IMG/VR virus record: IMGVR_UViG_3300037467_002622
Length of the DNA stretch: 64,000 bases
Strand: one strand, 5' to 3'
Source: an uncultured virus (IMG/VR IMGVR_UViG_3300037467_002622)
Lineage: Duplodnaviria; Heunggongvirae; Uroviricota; Caudoviricetes
Part shown: piece by piece, positions 20,341 through 31,278 of the stretch
Layout: every line of letters starts with the position of its first letter
Position numbering within the stretch: position 1 is the stretch's first letter
Notes under the pieces: model-generated
Databases searched by the model: none
What the model was told of the DNA's origin: nothing
The model's input: the letters and a program-made list of their open reading frames with translations, nothing else
Translations under genes and position numbers: made by a program

Positions 20341-20781
20341 ATGACGGAGAGCAAGATCGAGAACTACGACCACACCGATGGCGACAAGATCGCCGAGCTG
20401 CTGGTGGGCCGCCAGATCGTGCACGCCGAGATGGGCGGCGACTACCCGGACTTCCCGAGGCTGACCAGCTGGGACCGCCCGGAGGGGATGCTGGTGCTCG
20501 ACGACGGCACGAAGCTGTACCTGGAGGGCAACGACGGCGGCTGCGCATGCAGCGCCGGGTGTTACCCGCTCAAGCACGTGGCGGCCACGGAGAACATCAT
20601 CACCAGCGCGCGCCTGCACTCGTCTCCGGACGAGGACTACAGCCAGGAGGGCGAGGGGGTCTACCAGATCTTCGTCTTCGCGGGCGCCGAGGAGATCAAC
20701 GTGGCGTCGTTCGAGGGATCGGACGGAAACGGCTACTACGGCACGGGGTTCGCCCTGACCGTGGTTCGGCCAGACGAGTGA
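20341..20781 (+). CDS. hypothetical phage protein
   Basis: C-terminal GSDGNGYYGTGF motif typical of phage small proteins. Confidence 0.65.
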   Translation: MTESKIENYDHTDGDKIAELLVGRQIVHAEMGGDYPDFPRLTSWDRPEGMLVLDDGTKLYLEGNDGGCACSAGCYPLKHVAATENIITSARLHSSPDEDYSQEGEGVYQIFVFAGAEEINVASFEGSDGNGYYGTGFALTVVRPDE

Positions 20782-20786
20782 GCGGG

Positions 20787-20820
20787 TTGACCTACACTAC
20801 CTGAACGGGTAGTGTAGGTC
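20787..20820 (+). promoter_or_regulatory. Promoter/operator copy 8
   Basis: TTGACC-N17-TAGTGT; GACCTACACTACC-TGAACG-GGTAGTGTAGGTC. Confidence 0.9.
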
Positions 20821-21069
20821 AGGTCAGCAACCAGACCGCACCGGAGGTCACCTTGGCCAGCAAGAGCACCGTCCACTACCTGACCGGCTGCATCGACGCG
20901 AAGATCACGGCGGTCAAGATGCGCGCCGAGATGATCGAGCCGGGCACCCCGGCCAGCGACCGGGTCGCGGACCTCCTGCGCGAGCTGTCCTCGGCGCTGA
21001 ACGACTTCGACGCTCGTTCGGTGGCCGTCCTCAACGACGCTGTCGCCTACCGAGGCTGAGGAGCCCACG

Positions 21070-21681
21070 ATGAAGAAGCCTGAGCCGCTGATCCCGCTGC
21101 TGTTGCGGCGCATGTACCTGACCGGCCTCACCGAGCGTCTCTACGGCCTCAACGTCGAGGCGAAGGCCGACAAGTGGGCCGACTCGGCGCGCAGGAAGGC
21201 CGTGCCGCGCCACGAACCGGGCCTGAAAGCCCTGCGGGCCGCCGGGCTGCACCACGACGAGTGGGGCACCGGCATCGAGCGCTTCTGGGTCCCGGAGGAC
21301 TACGTACCGCCGACGCTGGCCGACGTGATGTCCCACATGGACACCGGCAAGTCCCCGGCGATCACCGAGCTGATCACGTACCTGATCCTCAAGGGCAAGT
21401 GCCAGCACTACTACGGCCACAGCAAGTGGGAGTACGAGCTGATCCACACGCTGCTCTGCGGGGTCGACTGGAGCAAGGTCAGCGACCCGGAGAACGAGAC
21501 CTGGGCGGAGTTCGCGGGCACCGAGTGCGAGTCCGACCAGGAGAGCATGACGTCGGTCCGGCTGTACTGCCTGTGCGGCTACACCGATCGCTTCGACAAC
21601 GAGTGCGTGGTGGGCATCGACGAGATGACCATCGCCCAGCTGCTCGCCGTCACCGCTGGTGAAATGCGCGACCAGCTGTAG
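21070..21681 (+). CDS. hypothetical protein
   Basis: 203-aa ORF with GAGGAG RBS. Confidence 0.7.
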   Translation: MKKPEPLIPLLLRRMYLTGLTERLYGLNVEAKADKWADSARRKAVPRHEPGLKALRAAGLHHDEWGTGIERFWVPEDYVPPTLADVMSHMDTGKSPAITELITYLILKGKCQHYYGHSKWEYELIHTLLCGVDWSKVSDPENETWAEFAGTECESDQESMTSVRLYCLCGYTDRFDNECVVGIDEMTIAQLLAVTAGEMRDQL

Positions 21682-21768
21682 CCACCCAGACCGGCGGCCC
21701 CCGTCACTCCGGTGGGGCGGGGGCCGCCTACCCACCACCGGAACCAACCCACAACGAAGGGACCCACC

Positions 21769-22089
21769 ATGGGCGATCGCGGAGTGATCAAGTTCAAGGA
21801 GTACGGCCAGGTCGAGGCGGCGGTCTACACGCACTGGAGCGGTAGCGAGGCCGACAAGGTGCTGATCGAGTTCTTCCAGGCCAACGAGGCCGCCGGGTCC
21901 GACACGCGGTACGACGACGCGCCGTACCTGGCCGCGCGCTTCGTCGCTCACGTGATGAAGGACGACCCCTACGGCCTCGGCTGGGGCATCGTTTCGCCCA
22001 CGGGCTCGGTGGACGCCCAGAGTCACTGGGTCGTCGACTGCTCGGACCGGGTGGGCCCGCAGCAGCGTCCGCGCGTGAGCAGGGGCTAG
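21769..22089 (+). CDS. hypothetical phage protein (MGDR..YTHW.G type)
   Basis: Start motif and RBS. Confidence 0.7.
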   Translation: MGDRGVIKFKEYGQVEAAVYTHWSGSEADKVLIEFFQANEAAGSDTRYDDAPYLAARFVAHVMKDDPYGLGWGIVSPTGSVDAQSHWVVDCSDRVGPQQRPRVSRG

Positions 22090-22160
22090 TAGAGGCCAGC
22101 GGCCCCGTCGGACCGGTGACCGGCGGGGCCGCTTCTTGCATAAGTGCAGGTCAAAGGGTA

Positions 22161-22190
22161 TGGACACTACCTAAATAGGTAGTGTAGAGT
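22161..22190 (+). promoter_or_regulatory. Promoter/operator copy 9
   Basis: TGGACA-N18-TAGAGT; ACACTACCTAAATAGGTAGTGT. Confidence 0.85.
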
Positions 22191-22230
22191 TCCTCTTGTC
22201 ACCACGGAACGAGCCACACCGGAGGCTACG

Positions 22231-23124
22231 ATGAGCACCTCGACCGCCCGCCAGGACATCCACACCGCCGCCCACGCCGACTTCGACCCCGCCAACTACA
22301 AGCTGATCGGGATCCTCGACCTCGACACCAGCATGTTCCGCGCGGACGACAGCAAGGGCCGCAAGGCAGTCCGGGCGATGGAGACCGAGGGCTTCCCGTA
22401 CGTCTCGATCCACCCGCACGGCCAGTGCGACGCCTGCGGCCAGCGCCTGCGCTACGTCGCGGTGCTGTTCCACCACCCGTCGAACGCGCTGGTTGAGGTT
22501 GGCCTCGACTGCCTGGGCGGCCGGTTCGCGATGGCCAAGGACGAGGTCAAGCGGATGATGGCCGAGGCCAAGGCGGCCCGTGAGGCGCACAAGCTGCTGG
22601 ACGGCTTCCTGGCCGCCTGCGACGCCCACCAGGACCTCGCCTACGCCACCTACGCCTGGAACATCGAGGCGGCCGCCCCCGAGGGCGCGGACATCTGGGG
22701 CATCGGCCCGCTGGCGGACATCGCCCGCAAGGCGCGCCAGTACGGCGGCGACGTCTCCGAGCGCCAGCTGGCCTTCGTGAGCCGGATCCTGACCCAGCTC
22801 GACGAGCGCTTCACCAAGCAGGAGCAGATCAACGCCGAGCGCGCCGCCCAGCGTTCCGAGGTGGGTCCGGCGCCTCGTGGCCGCGCGGCGATCGAGGGCG
22901 AGATCGTCAAGGTCGCGGAGAAGGTCAACGACTTCGGTGTCCGCCTGGTGATGACCGTGGTCCTCGACAACGGCTCGCGGGTCTGGGGCACCGTCCCGGC
23001 TGCGATTGTGGACGAGGCCGAGGTGGGCACCCGGGTGGCCTTCACCGCCACGTTCAAGGAGAACGACGACGCGGACCTCGACTTCGCGTTCTTCTCCCGG
23101 CCCAGTAAGGCCACCACCCTCTGA
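22231..23124 (+). CDS. hypothetical protein, Zn-finger plus possible C-terminal OB fold
   Basis: CDACG..VGLDC; EGEIVKV..VWGTVP..VAFTATF..FFSRP. Confidence 0.65.
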   Translation: MSTSTARQDIHTAAHADFDPANYKLIGILDLDTSMFRADDSKGRKAVRAMETEGFPYVSIHPHGQCDACGQRLRYVAVLFHHPSNALVEVGLDCLGGRFAMAKDEVKRMMAEAKAAREAHKLLDGFLAACDAHQDLAYATYAWNIEAAAPEGADIWGIGPLADIARKARQYGGDVSERQLAFVSRILTQLDERFTKQEQINAERAAQRSEVGPAPRGRAAIEGEIVKVAEKVNDFGVRLVMTVVLDNGSRVWGTVPAAIVDEAEVGTRVAFTATFKENDDADLDFAFFSRPSKATTL

Positions 23125-23871
23125 GACGACCGGCGGGGGCTCCCGGTGGAGCCCCCGCCAGAAAGGGGTCCGACATGGACCGCAAGGCCCTGAATGACAT
23201 CCTGCGCGGCCACATCTGGCAGGGCCACATCCGCATGGTGGGCACCACCTGGGAGCGCGGGATCTACGAGCCCTGGACCCCCATCGAGGACCAGGAGTGG
23301 CTCGACGAGCTGGACCGCATGCTCGGGCGCGGCGAGATCATCCGCGTGGACAACACCTACGAGATCGAGGAGCCCTGATATGGACCCGGACGCGACGCTG
23401 CAAGCCATCCGCGAGCTGGTCGAGAACAACGACGGCAGCCCCGAGGCGCTGGCTCTCGCGGAGAACTTTCGCTCGCTCGACGAGTGGCTGAGCCGGGGCG
23501 GCTTCCTGCCCACCGACTGGAACGCGTTGCGTTCCCCGCTGAAGGGCTGAGCCGGTGGCAGACCGTGAGCTGACCGAGCGGCTGATGGCCGCCTACCAGT
23601 TCGTCGCGCCGGAGCGCGGCGACACGGTGTCCCTGGCGAACGTGCGCGCCCACCTGGCCACCGTGGAGCCGCACCTGCTGAACCCGCTCCTGCGCGAGCT
23701 GGACGGCACCGTGGTGGAGTTCTGGGTCCTCCAGGGCGGCACGCAGCAGACGGGCGTGCTGAGCCTGCTTCAGCCCACGTCGAACGCGCCGTGGCGTGAG
23801 CTGGACGAGGGCGTGGAAATCGACGGGCAGATCTACACGCACATGGCCGTGACCCCCAGGTAGAGAGGGAG

Positions 23872-23900
23872 TTGCACTACCCATCTGGGTAGGGTAATGT
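23872..23900 (+). promoter_or_regulatory. Promoter/operator copy 10
   Basis: TTGCAC-N17-TAATGT; CTACCCATCTGGGTAG. Confidence 0.85.
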
Positions 23901-24411
23901 CGTCCCTGTCAGCACGAAGCCCCGCACCGGAGGAGCCCACCATGGAGCATTCGATCATCATCCACAAGCGCAACCGGGGCGGCAGCCCGATCAAGGGCAT
24001 GCGCGGCACCAGCGGCACGGATGCCAAGTGCACCTGCGGCGGCTGGAAGGACTTCACCAACGAGGCTCCGCCGTCGCGCTCGCAGGCCTGGCAGAAGCGT
24101 GCCTTCAACCGGCACCTGGAGGCCGTGACGCTGGAGGGCGACATCGAGCGCGGCACGGCACAGCTGACCCAGGCCAACGCCAAGCTCGCCGAGATGCTCG
24201 CCGAGGGCGACCTGCTCCCGTCCTTCGTCGAGGCGCAGACGGCCAAGATCGCGCGCATCGGCAAGGAGCTGGCGGCCGACCTGACCGAGCAGCGCTACGG
24301 CAAGCGTGACGCGCTCAAGGAGGGCTGAGTCATGCAGGACCTGTTCAGCACCGGAGGTGGTCGGGTGATCATCGAGGGCTGACATCGGCATAATCGCAGG
24401 TCAAGAGGGGG

Positions 24412-24440
24412 TTGCACTACCCATGTGGGTAGTGTAATCT
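24412..24440 (+). promoter_or_regulatory. Promoter/operator copy 11
   Basis: TTGCAC-N17-TAATCT; CACTACCCATGTGGGTAGTG. Confidence 0.85.
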
Positions 24441-24478
24441 CTTCTTATCAGCAAGAGCGAGCCGCACCGGAGGCCCAG

Positions 24479-25339
24479 ATGATCGAGAACATCTTCACCG
24501 CCACCCCCGCCGAGATCGACACCGAGATCGCCCGCCTTCAGGGCCAGCTGGGCCAGCTCCACGCGATGCGTGACCGCGCCCACCGCATGCTGACCGCGCA
24601 GTACTCGACCGAGTCCGAGCGCGACGAGGCCCGCGCCGCCTACGGCGAGGCCAACGGCAAGATCTCGGTGCTGGGCAGCATGATCTACGGCCTGGAGTCC
24701 GAGTACGGCCGTCGTGGTGGCTGGGCCCGCTACTTCGTGGTCGACAACAACAACGGCCACCTGCACACCCACACCCGCTGCCAGAACACCTACGACACCA
24801 CCGAGTGGGTCTGGATGCCGGGCATGTCGGGCATGACCAAGGCCGAGGCGGTCGCCGAGGGTGGCAAGCTCACCTGCCTCTCGTGCTTCCCGGAGTTCCG
24901 CGAGGAGATCGAGGCCGGGCGCGAGCCGCGCTTCGAGACCCCGCGCATGCGCAAGACCCGCGAGGAGCGCGAGGCGCTGGCGGCGAAGAAGGCCCAGGAC
25001 AAGGCGACCAAGGGCATCACCACCCCCGAGGGCGGCGAGCTGCTCGACGTCACCGACACCCGGGACGGTGGCTGGCGCGAGACCTCGGACGTGATCAAGA
25101 CCGCCGTGGCCGCCCAGCGCAAGGCCTCGCAGGCCGCGTTCGACATCTACTTCTACAACGTCAAGCACCCGGCCAGCTCCGGCGAGAACCACCCGCAGAC
25201 GGCCGCCTGGGAAGAACTGCTGCGCCGCTGCGTCGAGGCGCTGGCCGCCCGCGACGGCAAGACCGTCGAGGAGCTGCGCACGGAGATCCAGAAGAAGGTC
25301 GAGGCGAAGTACCGCCGCGAGTACAAGAACAGCTTCTGA
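24479..25339 (+). CDS. hypothetical phage protein
   Basis: GWARYFVV..GHLH..C..CLSCFP motif; follows leader box. Confidence 0.75.
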   Translation: MIENIFTATPAEIDTEIARLQGQLGQLHAMRDRAHRMLTAQYSTESERDEARAAYGEANGKISVLGSMIYGLESEYGRRGGWARYFVVDNNNGHLHTHTRCQNTYDTTEWVWMPGMSGMTKAEAVAEGGKLTCLSCFPEFREEIEAGREPRFETPRMRKTREEREALAAKKAQDKATKGITTPEGGELLDVTDTRDGGWRETSDVIKTAVAAQRKASQAAFDIYFYNVKHPASSGENHPQTAAWEELLRRCVEALAARDGKTVEELRTEIQKKVEAKYRREYKNSF

Positions 25340-25605
25340 TCACCCTGGCCGGGGGCCTCGCGCCCCCGGCCTTTCCCCCGTAAGGAGAACTGCATGAAGG
25401 CCAAAGACCTCAAGCGCGGTGATGTCTACCGCGACGGTAAGGGCGTCATCCAGGTGACGATCATCCTGGACGCCCAGGACGACGGCACCGGCCCGTCCGG
25501 CGAGGCCCAGGTGGTCGCCGGTGTGCGCCACCGCGATGGCGGCGCCGGGCTGCGCTGGTTCGACGCCGAGGACGAGGTCCCCTACACCCGCGAGGAGAGC
25601 TGATC

Positions 25606-26136
25606 ATGGGACTCGACATCACCGCCTACAGCCACCTGAAGGCCGTGGGCTTCCACGAGAAGGACCCCGAACTCAACGAGGGCGAGCCGGGTGGCGAGAA
25701 GGACTGGTGCTTCTACGAGAACCACGTCACCGCGCTCGCCTACGACGCCTTCCCGCTGTCGTTCCTGGCCATCCCCATCCTGGAGCGCCGGGACGGCATG
25801 CTGCTCGGCGGCTGTTACGAGACCACCGAGGACACCGTGACGTACGGCTTCCGGGCCGGGTCCTACGGCGGGTACAACCAGTGGCGCTCGGCGCTCCAGG
25901 AGAAGTACAACCCGGACCGCAAGGAGACCGAGCCGTTCTTCGAGCTGATCTGGTTCGCCGACAACGAGGGCACCATCGGTTCCCTGGCCGCCCAGAACCT
26001 GCTCGCGGACTTCGAGGCCTACGGGCCGGACCTGGAACTGGGCGCGGGCTACAACCCCTACGGTGGCGGCCCCTTCGACGAGTTCCACAAGGCGTGCAGG
26101 CTCGCGGCCGCCGACGGGCTGATCTCCTTCCACTGA
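25606..26136 (+). CDS. hypothetical phage protein (MGLDI type)
   Basis: FRAGSYGGYNQWR..PFFELIWFADNEGTIG. Confidence 0.75.
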   Translation: MGLDITAYSHLKAVGFHEKDPELNEGEPGGEKDWCFYENHVTALAYDAFPLSFLAIPILERRDGMLLGGCYETTEDTVTYGFRAGSYGGYNQWRSALQEKYNPDRKETEPFFELIWFADNEGTIGSLAAQNLLADFEAYGPDLELGAGYNPYGGGPFDEFHKACRLAAADGLISFH

Positions 26137-26449
26137 CTCCCCAGGTGTGCCTGGGGACGCGCGAGAGGCCCGGCGAGCATCGTGGGGCCGCCGGGCCTCT
26201 CCGCAACCTCTTGAGAGGAGGTGCTGATGGAGGAATGCAGCAGCGTTTTCGTCTGGGATGTCTCGGAGTTCGGCGTGGAAGACACCCAGTGTGAACTCAC
26301 GCGAGGCCACGATGGCCCGCACACCGATGGCGTGATCTGGTGGGACGACGAGGGAAATCAGGTGGCGGCCCCGAGCTAGCATTTTGATCACCTGGATAGC
26401 CCAGGTCGGCGGGCGGCTCAGGGTGTGCGCGCCCGCCACCAAACGACGG

Positions 26450-26478
26450 TTGACTCACACTACCCGAACGGGTAGTGT
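26450..26478 (+). promoter_or_regulatory. Promoter/operator copy 12
   Basis: TTGACT-N17-TAGTGT; ACACTACCCGAACGGGTAGTGT. Confidence 0.9.
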
Positions 26479-26759
26479 CAGAGTATCAACCGCAAGACCG
26501 CACCGGAGGTCGAGATGCCACTGCTCACCACGTGGAAGCGCCAGGACTGGACCGGCACTTACTGGACCAGGACCGACACCCACAAGTACGCCGTCGAGAA
26601 GGACGGCTCCCGGTGGCACCTGCGTGTCTGGACCCTGGCCACGCCGGACGCGCTGGCCACGCTGGTCTTCTCCAGCTACGCCGTGTCCGACGGCTTCAAC
26701 CGGCTCGTGGACGCCAAGGTCTACGCCCAGCAGTTCGCCGACAAGCAGGGAGCTTGATC

Positions 26760-27215
26760 ATGACCACTCTCACCAACGCCCAGGTCCGTTTCGAAGCCGC
26801 CCTGAACGGCCTCCAGGCACGCGGCGTGCACGTGCGCGTCAACGTGATGGAGTGCTGCCGGGGCTGCGTCGGCTGGGAGAAGCTGGAGCTGCCCAGCAAG
26901 GAGGCGGGCGAGACCACGCCGGTGCTCTGGCACTACGGCGGCCAGGGCAGCGAGCTGGTCTGGTACAGCGGCCAGCCGGTCTTCCTCGACGAGATGCCCG
27001 AAGACGATGAAGACGACGAGTACAGCGACTTCGGGCGGCGCCGCGCCCGCTTCGGTGGCCGCGACGGGCGTCCGGCCGACCGCGTCTTCTTCAACCACGG
27101 TGGCCCCGGCCTGGAGGCTGCGCAGGCCGCCGCCGAGGTCTTCCGGGGCGAGGGCTTCGAGGTCGAGTGGGACGGCACCGAGAACGAGTGCGTCCAGGTC
27201 TTGCTGACCCGCTGA
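26760..27215 (+). CDS. DUF6891-like hypothetical protein
   Basis: L..RG..N..CCRGC..GF.VEWDG. Confidence 0.6.
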   Translation: MTTLTNAQVRFEAALNGLQARGVHVRVNVMECCRGCVGWEKLELPSKEAGETTPVLWHYGGQGSELVWYSGQPVFLDEMPEDDEDDEYSDFGRRRARFGGRDGRPADRVFFNHGGPGLEAAQAAAEVFRGEGFEVEWDGTENECVQVLLTR

Positions 27216-27222
27216 TTACCCC

Positions 27223-27253
27223 TTGACCAACCCTACCCATTTGGGTAGGGTTG
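27223..27253 (+). promoter_or_regulatory. Promoter/operator copy 13
   Basis: TTGACC-N17-TAGGGT; CAACCCTACCCA-TT-TGGGTAGGGTTG. Confidence 0.9.
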
Positions 27254-27288
27254 TGTCATACCCGCTGAACGCCGCACCGGAGGCCAAG

Positions 27289-27834
27289 ATGCAGAACGAC
27301 TTCGACGAGATCGCCGAGACCACCGAGCTGACCGAAGAGGCCGCCGAGCTGGTCAAGCTCTACCGCAACCAGCGCACCACGCTCGCGCAGATGGTGGACA
27401 ACTTCGGCCCGGCGCACTCCAGCGTTCTCCAGTACTCGAAGGTCGTCTCGCTGACCGCCCGCGAGCTGCTCGACGAGCACGGCGTGGACGCCGACGAGGT
27501 CGCCGACGAGCTGGACGCCCAGGCCAAGGCCCAGGACATCCTGAACCACATCAGCACCCGCCAGCGCGCCACGATGGCCTTCGCCCTCGCCTCGGTGCAA
27601 CACACCACCGTCGTGCACCCCGAGGCCGCCTACGTGGGCAGCTTCTACGAGGTCATCGGCCGCCTGCCGATCGCCATCCCGGCCGACCGCGCCGACGCGC
27701 TGCGCTCGCTGGTCAGCGCCAAGGCGCTCGCCTACGACGTCCGCCCGGCCAAGGTGAGCGCGACCACGAACGTCTACCACCAGGTCATCCTGACCGACCT
27801 GGGCCGGGCGCTGTTGGCGGAGCTGGACAAGTGA
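27289..27834 (+). CDS. hypothetical protein
   Basis: Follows leader box. Confidence 0.7.
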   Translation: MQNDFDEIAETTELTEEAAELVKLYRNQRTTLAQMVDNFGPAHSSVLQYSKVVSLTARELLDEHGVDADEVADELDAQAKAQDILNHISTRQRATMAFALASVQHTTVVHPEAAYVGSFYEVIGRLPIAIPADRADALRSLVSAKALAYDVRPAKVSATTNVYHQVILTDLGRALLAELDK

Positions 27835-28126
27835 GCGAGCTGTCGGGGGTCACCACGCAGGTGGCCCCCAACCGCTACGACGACGTCCTGAACCTCGACG
27901 ACTGGTTCGGTCTGCACTTCGACGAGTACGACATCGAGGCCGTGCGCCAGGAGGTGCTGGAACTGGCCAATCAGCGGCTCCCCGAGGGCATCACGCTGTA
28001 CATCGGGGGCGATGTGATCGCCGACCTCGCGGTGTTGGACCAGCTCGACGAGATCGAATGGTCCGAGCTGGTCACCCCCGAGGAGTTACCCGCGATCGCC
28101 GAGCGGCACCTGCGTGAGGAGTTCAA

Positions 28127-28600
28127 GTGATCATTGAAGATCGCTACCTCGACGTCCTGCGCGCTCACCGCTCCCCCCAAGAGCACGCCGTGCAGGACCT
28201 CTGGACGGGCCACTGGGTGGCCAAGGGCCTGGATGCCAGCTCGGCCACCACGGCCGCCCAGGAGGCCAACGAGCGCCTCCGCAAGGCGGCCGAGCGGCGC
28301 ATCGCCACGGCGCCCGACGAGGTCGAGCTGGAGCTGCTGCTGGCCATCCGGGCCGGGCAGGTGCTGGAGCACAACGCGTGGTCCTGGCGCTTCTACGAGC
28401 GGATGGGGACCAGCCACTGGCGCGCGGTCCCGGCGGACGTGAAGCGCCTGCTCTGGCACTGGCGGCAGAACGACAACATCGCCCAGCGCACCAAGAGCAT
28501 CTTCGACGAGGTGGACAAGCCGGTCATCGGCTGCTTTCACCTGGTGACGCTTTCGCCCGTCGGCGCTGCATGGCTTGACGCACACTACCCGAACGGGTAG
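28127..28600 (+). CDS. hypothetical protein whose C-terminus runs through operator copy 14
   Basis: Ends ..LDAHYPNG*; stop is the TAG of the palindrome. Confidence 0.65.
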   Translation: MIIEDRYLDVLRAHRSPQEHAVQDLWTGHWVAKGLDASSATTAAQEANERLRKAAERRIATAPDEVELELLLAIRAGQVLEHNAWSWRFYERMGTSHWRAVPADVKRLLWHWRQNDNIAQRTKSIFDEVDKPVIGCFHLVTLSPVGAAWLDAHYPNG

Positions 28601-28603
28601 GGT
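28575..28603 (+). promoter_or_regulatory. Promoter/operator copy 14
   Basis: TTGACG-N17-TAGGGT; CTACCCGAACGGGTAG. Confidence 0.85.
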
Positions 28604-29091
28604 AGCGGTATCACCAACCGAGCCGCACCGGAGGCCACCATGCTGCACCAGCTCACCGCCGACGTCGCCACCGAGGACCTGGTGGGACAGAGCGTCATTG
28701 ACATCGAGCTGCACGCCTGCTTCGAGGTCCAGAAAGTGGTCCAGGAGCGGGGCGCGGCAATCTTGGTCCTGATGGTCATCGACCCCGGCGAGCACTACGA
28801 CTACGGCGCCCAGATCGAGATCCCCGTGGGCCCGGCCCACGACGCCGCCAACCGCCACCTGCGCATCGAAGCCTGAGGAGGCCAGCATGTACGACACCTA
28901 CCTGACCATCGAGAGCCCCAACGGTGGCGACGACAAGCACGACCTGATGCCCTACCTGCCCGAGGGCATGGTCTTCCGGCACGGCGGCAACTTCTACGTG
29001 GTCCGCAGCTCGTTCATCGACCTCGACGAGCAGCCCGACTTCGACGCGGCGGCCGTGCAGTACGTGCACGCCTTCCCGCGCGGCTGACCCC

Positions 29092-29126
29092 TTGCGCCCA
29101 CACTACCTGTTCGGGTAGTGTGGGCG
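29092..29126 (+). promoter_or_regulatory. Promoter/operator copy 15
   Basis: TTGCGC-N18-TAGTGT; CGCCCACACTACC-TGTTCG-GGTAGTGTGGGCG. Confidence 0.85.
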
Positions 29127-29549
29127 TATCAGTTCGAGACCACACCGGAGGTCGGTTCCCATGCCGCAGCTCAAGATCTACCAGTCCAAGGAGATGCGGG
29201 ACTCCTGGATCCCGCACATCGCCCTCGGCCTGTTCGGCGAGAGCCGCAGCCAGCAGGGCACCTGGTTCATCGTGGCGCACACGGCCGCCGAAGCCGTAGA
29301 GATCGCCCAGACCGCCGGGGTTCCCTATGCCGACAGCACCCGCAAGCTGCGCGTGGGCGGCCACGGCAACGACTTCCAGGCCTTGGTCAGCCACGGCTTC
29401 CTGAACACGCCGGGCGAGGTCGTCGTCTTGACCCACAGCACCAACGGCCCGGTGGCCCGCTTCCTGAACGGCACCTGGTCCCTGATCGGCCGGTTCGAGT
29501 ACGACCACACCATCCGCGAAACCGTCTTCGTGTCCCAGGGAGTCTGATC

Positions 29550-30062
29550 ATGAAGAGCCACATCACGTGGGAGCTGGCCAAGGGCGGCGACTGGATCGGC
29601 TACGTCGGCAAGAGCGGGTGCTTCCTGCTCTCGCCGCGCGCCGCCGGGTACGAGCTGCTGTTCACCTGGACCGACACCACGTCCATCGGCATCGAGACGC
29701 TCACCGACGCCCGCGTGGTCGCCGACCACAAGCTGGCCGCCTTCGCGGAGTTGACCGGCCTGAAGCTGCCGGAGCCCGAGGAGGAGCCTGAGCGCTCGTT
29801 CGCCCAGGAGCTGCTGCACCGCTTCATGGGCGAACTCAAGTGGTTCAAGGACGGCGAGTCCGACGAGCAGCGTGCGCAGTGCCTGGCCACCCAGGCCCTG
29901 GACTTCTTCGCCGAGTTCCTGGACGAGCAGCTCAAGGGCCTGGAGGAGATGGGCAAGGACCCTGAGTACTACGGGGCCTTCAACCTGCTGGACCAGCTGA
30001 TCGACATCGTGAAGGACGCCCAGGAAGAGCTGGGCGTCGAGGTCGAACGAGAGGGGAACTGA
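29550..30062 (+). CDS. hypothetical protein (probable paralog of next gene)
   Basis: ITW..W.G..G..TL.DA..A.H.L..GL. Confidence 0.7.
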   Translation: MKSHITWELAKGGDWIGYVGKSGCFLLSPRAAGYELLFTWTDTTSIGIETLTDARVVADHKLAAFAELTGLKLPEPEEEPERSFAQELLHRFMGELKWFKDGESDEQRAQCLATQALDFFAEFLDEQLKGLEEMGKDPEYYGAFNLLDQLIDIVKDAQEELGVEVEREGN

Positions 30063-30064
30063 CC

Positions 30065-30607
30065 ATGGGCGAGCCGAAGATCGGCTGGCGCCGCCTGGAG
30101 AACGAGAACGCGTGGGTGGGTGTGCGCGGCCGCTTCAAGTTCTTCACCCTGCGAGTCACCCACCCCACGCTGCTCACGGACGACGAGGCGGAGCTGGACA
30201 ACCAGCCCTTCCTGCTGACCTACCACATGGACAGCGCCCGGCCGGAGAACCTGAAGCCGATGACACTGTCCGAGGCTCAGGCGCACGCCGAGCACGAGCT
30301 GGACAACTGGCTCTACAAGGCGGGCCTGATCGAGGGTGAGCCGCTCACTCCCACCCGTCACGCGGTCAACAGCGCGCTGAGCATCGTCGAAGCCTGCCAG
30401 GCCGACGGCCTCAGGGGCCTGGTGAGCGAGTACGAGCGCGAGCGGTTCGCCGAGCGCATCGCCCTCTACACCGTGCTCTCGACGCTCACTGAGCTGGCCA
30501 CGGTCAAGGAACAGGTCGAGGGTGGGGCCGACCCCGTGCTGGTCGTGCTGGAGAAGCGCCGCGAGCAGCTCTACGAGGTGATGAAGGACCTCAAGGAGTT
30601 GATCTGA
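30065..30607 (+). CDS. hypothetical protein
   Basis: IGW..WVG..G..TLSEA..AEH.L..GL. Confidence 0.7.
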   Translation: MGEPKIGWRRLENENAWVGVRGRFKFFTLRVTHPTLLTDDEAELDNQPFLLTYHMDSARPENLKPMTLSEAQAHAEHELDNWLYKAGLIEGEPLTPTRHAVNSALSIVEACQADGLRGLVSEYERERFAERIALYTVLSTLTELATVKEQVEGGADPVLVVLEKRREQLYEVMKDLKELI

Positions 30608-30711
30608 GAAGGCCCCTGCATTCGCAGGGACTTCTTGCTACATTGCGCAGCACAAAGTCTTACAGAAGAGACGAATTCGAGCCGAGAAAGAGCCGCATTG
30701 GAGGCACACAA

Positions 30712-31278
30712 GTGACCGAATTGGTGAGTTCCCTGGACAACCTGCACCGCATCTTCAGCGGGCGCACGGTGGTGCTGTGCTGCATCGACATGCTGAGCAT
30801 CGAGGACCGGCGCACGGCGCTGCGCTACCTGCTCGACGCCGGGGTGACGGCCGAGTACTCCGCCCCGGCTCCGGACGGCACCGGCCTGCCGCAGCAGCTG
30901 CGCGGCGCCGTTCACGAGCTGACGCGCCACTACGCGCCCAACCTGATCGTGGACACGGCCATGCTGACGATGCCCGAGGAGCAGCGTCAGGAGGTGGCGC
31001 GGGCCTTCCTGCCGAAGAAGTCCCTGCGCGAGAAGCTCGAAGAGCAGCGGCAGGCCAAGGAGGCCGAGCGGGCCAAGCTCTACACCGTGGTCGACGCGGC
31101 CAGTGGCGAGGAGCTGGGCAAGACCAAGAGCGTCGAGCCGTACCTGCGCGTGCTCGGCAAGGGCGGCGAGCCGGTGGACTACAAGCACCTGCGCACCGTG
31201 CCCGAGTACGACTTCCGCGCGACCGACGACATCGAGCCGCGCATGCTCGTGCTCTACCGGCAGGTGACGGCCGAATGA
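30712..31278 (+). CDS. hypothetical protein
   Basis: GTG after CCGCATTGGAGG. Confidence 0.7.
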   Translation: MTELVSSLDNLHRIFSGRTVVLCCIDMLSIEDRRTALRYLLDAGVTAEYSAPAPDGTGLPQQLRGAVHELTRHYAPNLIVDTAMLTMPEEQRQEVARAFLPKKSLREKLEEQRQAKEAERAKLYTVVDAASGEELGKTKSVEPYLRVLGKGGEPVDYKHLRTVPEYDFRATDDIEPRMLVLYRQVTAE